Positions 34,934 to 37,070 of a stretch of 37,070 bases of DNA are shown here, piece by piece; position 1 is the first letter of the stretch; every line of letters starts with the position of its first letter. The notes below the pieces were generated by a model that made no database searches, was not told the origin of the DNA, and saw only the letters and a list, made by a program, of their open reading frames with translations. The position numbers were made by a program, and so were the translations under genes. The DNA is from Candidatus Micrarchaeota archaeon (GTDB lineage: Archaea; Micrarchaeota; Micrarchaeia; Anstonellales; Bilamarchaeaceae): NCBI GenBank assembly GCA_041694885.1, contig JBGFRX010000027.1, forward strand, positions 1 through 37,070, in the 5' to 3' direction.

Positions 34934-36328
34934 ATGAAGGAATACAAGACGATAAACCAGATTGCCGGTCCGCTCGTTTTCGTGGAAGGCGTGAGTGGCG
35001 TGAGCTACGGCGAGATAGTCGAGATCAACCTTCCCTCCGGCGAGAGGAAAAAGGGCCAGGTGCTCGACGTTAACGAATCCATCGCAGTGGTGCAGATATT
35101 CGGGCCCACAGCAGGAATAAACACTTCCCAGACGTCTGTAAAATTTTTGGGAGAGACCATGCGCATAGGGCTCTCCGGCGACATGCTTGGCCGCGTCTTC
35201 ACCGGGCTCGGCGAGCCGAAGGACAAGGGACCGAGGATAGTTCCCGAGGAGAAAGTGGACATAAACGGCCTTCCCATAAACCCCTATTCGCGCGAAAGCC
35301 CTGCTGATTTCATCCAGACGGGCGTCTCGACAATAGACGCGATGAACACCCTCGTGCGCGGCCAGAAGCTCCCGATTTTCTCCGCTTCCGGGCTTCCGCA
35401 CAACCAACTCGCTGTCCAGATAGCGCGGCAGGCAAAGGTGCGTGGAACGCAGGAGGAATTCGCAGTCGTGTTCGCAGCAGTTGGAATCACGCACGAAGAA
35501 GCATCGTTCTTCATGCGTGACTTCGAAAGAACTGGCGCGCTGGAAAAATCCGCGATCTTCCTCAACCTTGCGGACGACCCGAGCGTGGAGCGACTGATAA
35601 CTCCACGTCTCGCACTCACTGCAGCAGAATACCTCGCATTCGAGCACGACATGCATGTGCTCGCGATAATCACCGACATGACAAACTATTGCGAGTCGCT
35701 GCGCGAAATCGCAGCTGCACGGCAGGAAGTTCCAGGAAGGAGGGGCTATCCGGGTTACATGTACACCGACCTTTCAACTATTTACGAGCGCGCAGGAAGA
35801 GTGAAGGGAAAGAAAGGGACAGTTACGCAGCTCTCGATACTCACGATGCCTGGAGACGACAAAACGCATCCCATTCCTGACCTCACCGGCTACATTACCG
35901 AAGGGCAGATCGTGCTCGCGCGCGACCTCCACAGGAAAAACATCTACCCTCCTGTTGACGTGCTGCCTTCGCTTTCGCGACTCATGTCCTTGGGAATTGG
36001 GCCGCAGAAGACGAGGGAGGACCATAAGGGTGTCTCAGATCAGATGTACGCTGCATACGCAACCGGAAGAGACCTGAGATCCCTGAGTGCAGTCGTGGGC
36101 GAGGAAGCGCTCACGGAGACGGACAGGAAGTTCCTGAGGTTCGCGGACGAGTTCGAGAACCGCTTTGTCCGCCAGGGTGCGTATGAGGACAGGAGCATAG
36201 AACAAACACTTGATCTCGGGTGGGATCTTCTTTCAGCGCTGCCCGAAGAGGAGCTCAAGAGAGTGAAAAAGGAACAGATCGGGAAGTACATGAAGAAAAA
36301 GGAAGAGAAGGAGGAAAAGAAAGAATGA
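34934..36328 (+). CDS. atpB: A-type ATP synthase subunit B
   Basis: [53 protein letters not shown] 34934 after SD GGTGA. Confidence 0.97.
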   Translation: MKEYKTINQIAGPLVFVEGVSGVSYGEIVEINLPSGERKKGQVLDVNESIAVVQIFGPTAGINTSQTSVKFLGETMRIGLSGDMLGRVFTGLGEPKDKGPRIVPEEKVDINGLPINPYSRESPADFIQTGVSTIDAMNTLVRGQKLPIFSASGLPHNQLAVQIARQAKVRGTQEEFAVVFAAVGITHEEASFFMRDFERTGALEKSAIFLNLADDPSVERLITPRLALTAAEYLAFEHDMHVLAIITDMTNYCESLREIAAARQEVPGRRGYPGYMYTDLSTIYERAGRVKGKKGTVTQLSILTMPGDDKTHPIPDLTGYITEGQIVLARDLHRKNIYPPVDVLPSLSRLMSLGIGPQKTREDHKGVSDQMYAAYATGRDLRSLSAVVGEEALTETDRKFLRFADEFENRFVRQGAYEDRSIEQTLDLGWDLLSALPEEELKRVKKEQIGKYMKKKEEKEEKKE

Positions 36329-36363
36329 TATGCCGGGCGACAAATTACTGCGCGGTGCTGTGA

Positions 36364-37002
36364 ATGGCAGAACAACCGAACCCGACGAGAATGGAGCTCC
36401 TGAAGCTCAAGGACAGAATAACCCTTGCGAGAAAAGGACACAAGCTTCTCAAGCAGAAGCGCGACGCCCTTATTCTCGAGTTCTTCAGGATCCTGAAAAA
36501 ATCGAGGGACATAAGAAGTGAGCTCAATGCGAAGATGAAAGGTGCATATGCTGCTCTCGCAACCGCGAAATCCTATCATTCCACATTCGAGCTCGAGGCG
36601 CTTTCACTCGCAGGCGCGCGGATGATGGATGTAGATGTTGAAGTGAAGAACGTGATGGGCGTTAAGATACCGAACCTCACGGTGCAGCTGGAAAAGCGCG
36701 AATACCCGAACAAAGGCTATTCCATACTCGGCACTACTTCGATGCTTGAGCAGTGCGTGGAGGAGTACGAGCAGGCGCTCGACATGGCGATGCAGCTCGC
36801 TGAAACGGAAATCGCGATTAAGCGCCTAATCACAGAAATAGAAAAGACCAAGCGTAGGGTGAATTCCCTCGAATTCATAATGATCCCGCACCTCGAGGAG
36901 CAGATGAAGATGATCGCGTTCAAACTGGATGAGCTCGAGAGGGACAGCTTCGTCTCGCTCAAAATGATAAAGAGGAAACTGGCTAAAGAAGGGAAGGGCT
37001 GA
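36364..37002 (+). CDS. atpD: A-type ATP synthase subunit D
   Basis: PTRMELLKLK, GHKLLKQKRDAL, EIEKTKRRVNSLE. Confidence 0.96.
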   Translation: MAEQPNPTRMELLKLKDRITLARKGHKLLKQKRDALILEFFRILKKSRDIRSELNAKMKGAYAALATAKSYHSTFELEALSLAGARMMDVDVEVKNVMGVKIPNLTVQLEKREYPNKGYSILGTTSMLEQCVEEYEQALDMAMQLAETEIAIKRLITEIEKTKRRVNSLEFIMIPHLEEQMKMIAFKLDELERDSFVSLKMIKRKLAKEGKG

Positions 37003-37070
37003 TGAGAATTTCCCGCGACTCAAAATCAGAATCCGAAGCGTTTCGAATTATTGGATGAAGCCAGTTTGAC

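Overview
Archaeal chromosomal segment; gene content and gene style suggest a DPANN lineage such as Micrarchaeota (inference). A conserved translation/transcription superoperon (rps13-rps4-rps11-rpoD-tRNA-Leu ... rpl18e-rpl13-rps9-rpoN-tRNA-Pro-rps2) is split after tRNA-Leu by an ~21 kb accessory block and is followed by a complete A-type ATP synthase operon (H-I-K-E-C-F-A-B-D). The accessory block carries defence modules: two MNT-HEPN pairs, a type II R-M system, a MazF module and a HicA relic. It also carries tRNA-Gly, a divergently split SUF system whose SufB has two inteins, an IS66-derived mini-element and two lipoproteins sharing a duplicated N-terminus. Most notably, it encodes a [NiFe]-hydrogenase pair plus endopeptidase whose only neighbouring maturases are a HypC-HydE fusion and a motif-complete HydG; no hypABDEF, hydA or hydF is in the window. 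This suggests a hybrid cofactor-assembly route. Non-coding highlights: two 90-110 bp structured inserts that duplicate and fold back on the 5' end of the downstream gene (tRNA-Leu, rpoN), a near-identical ~79 bp element directly behind two different tRNAs, and a BHB intron at position 58/59 of tRNA-Pro. All calls come from motif reading by eye; no database searches were run.
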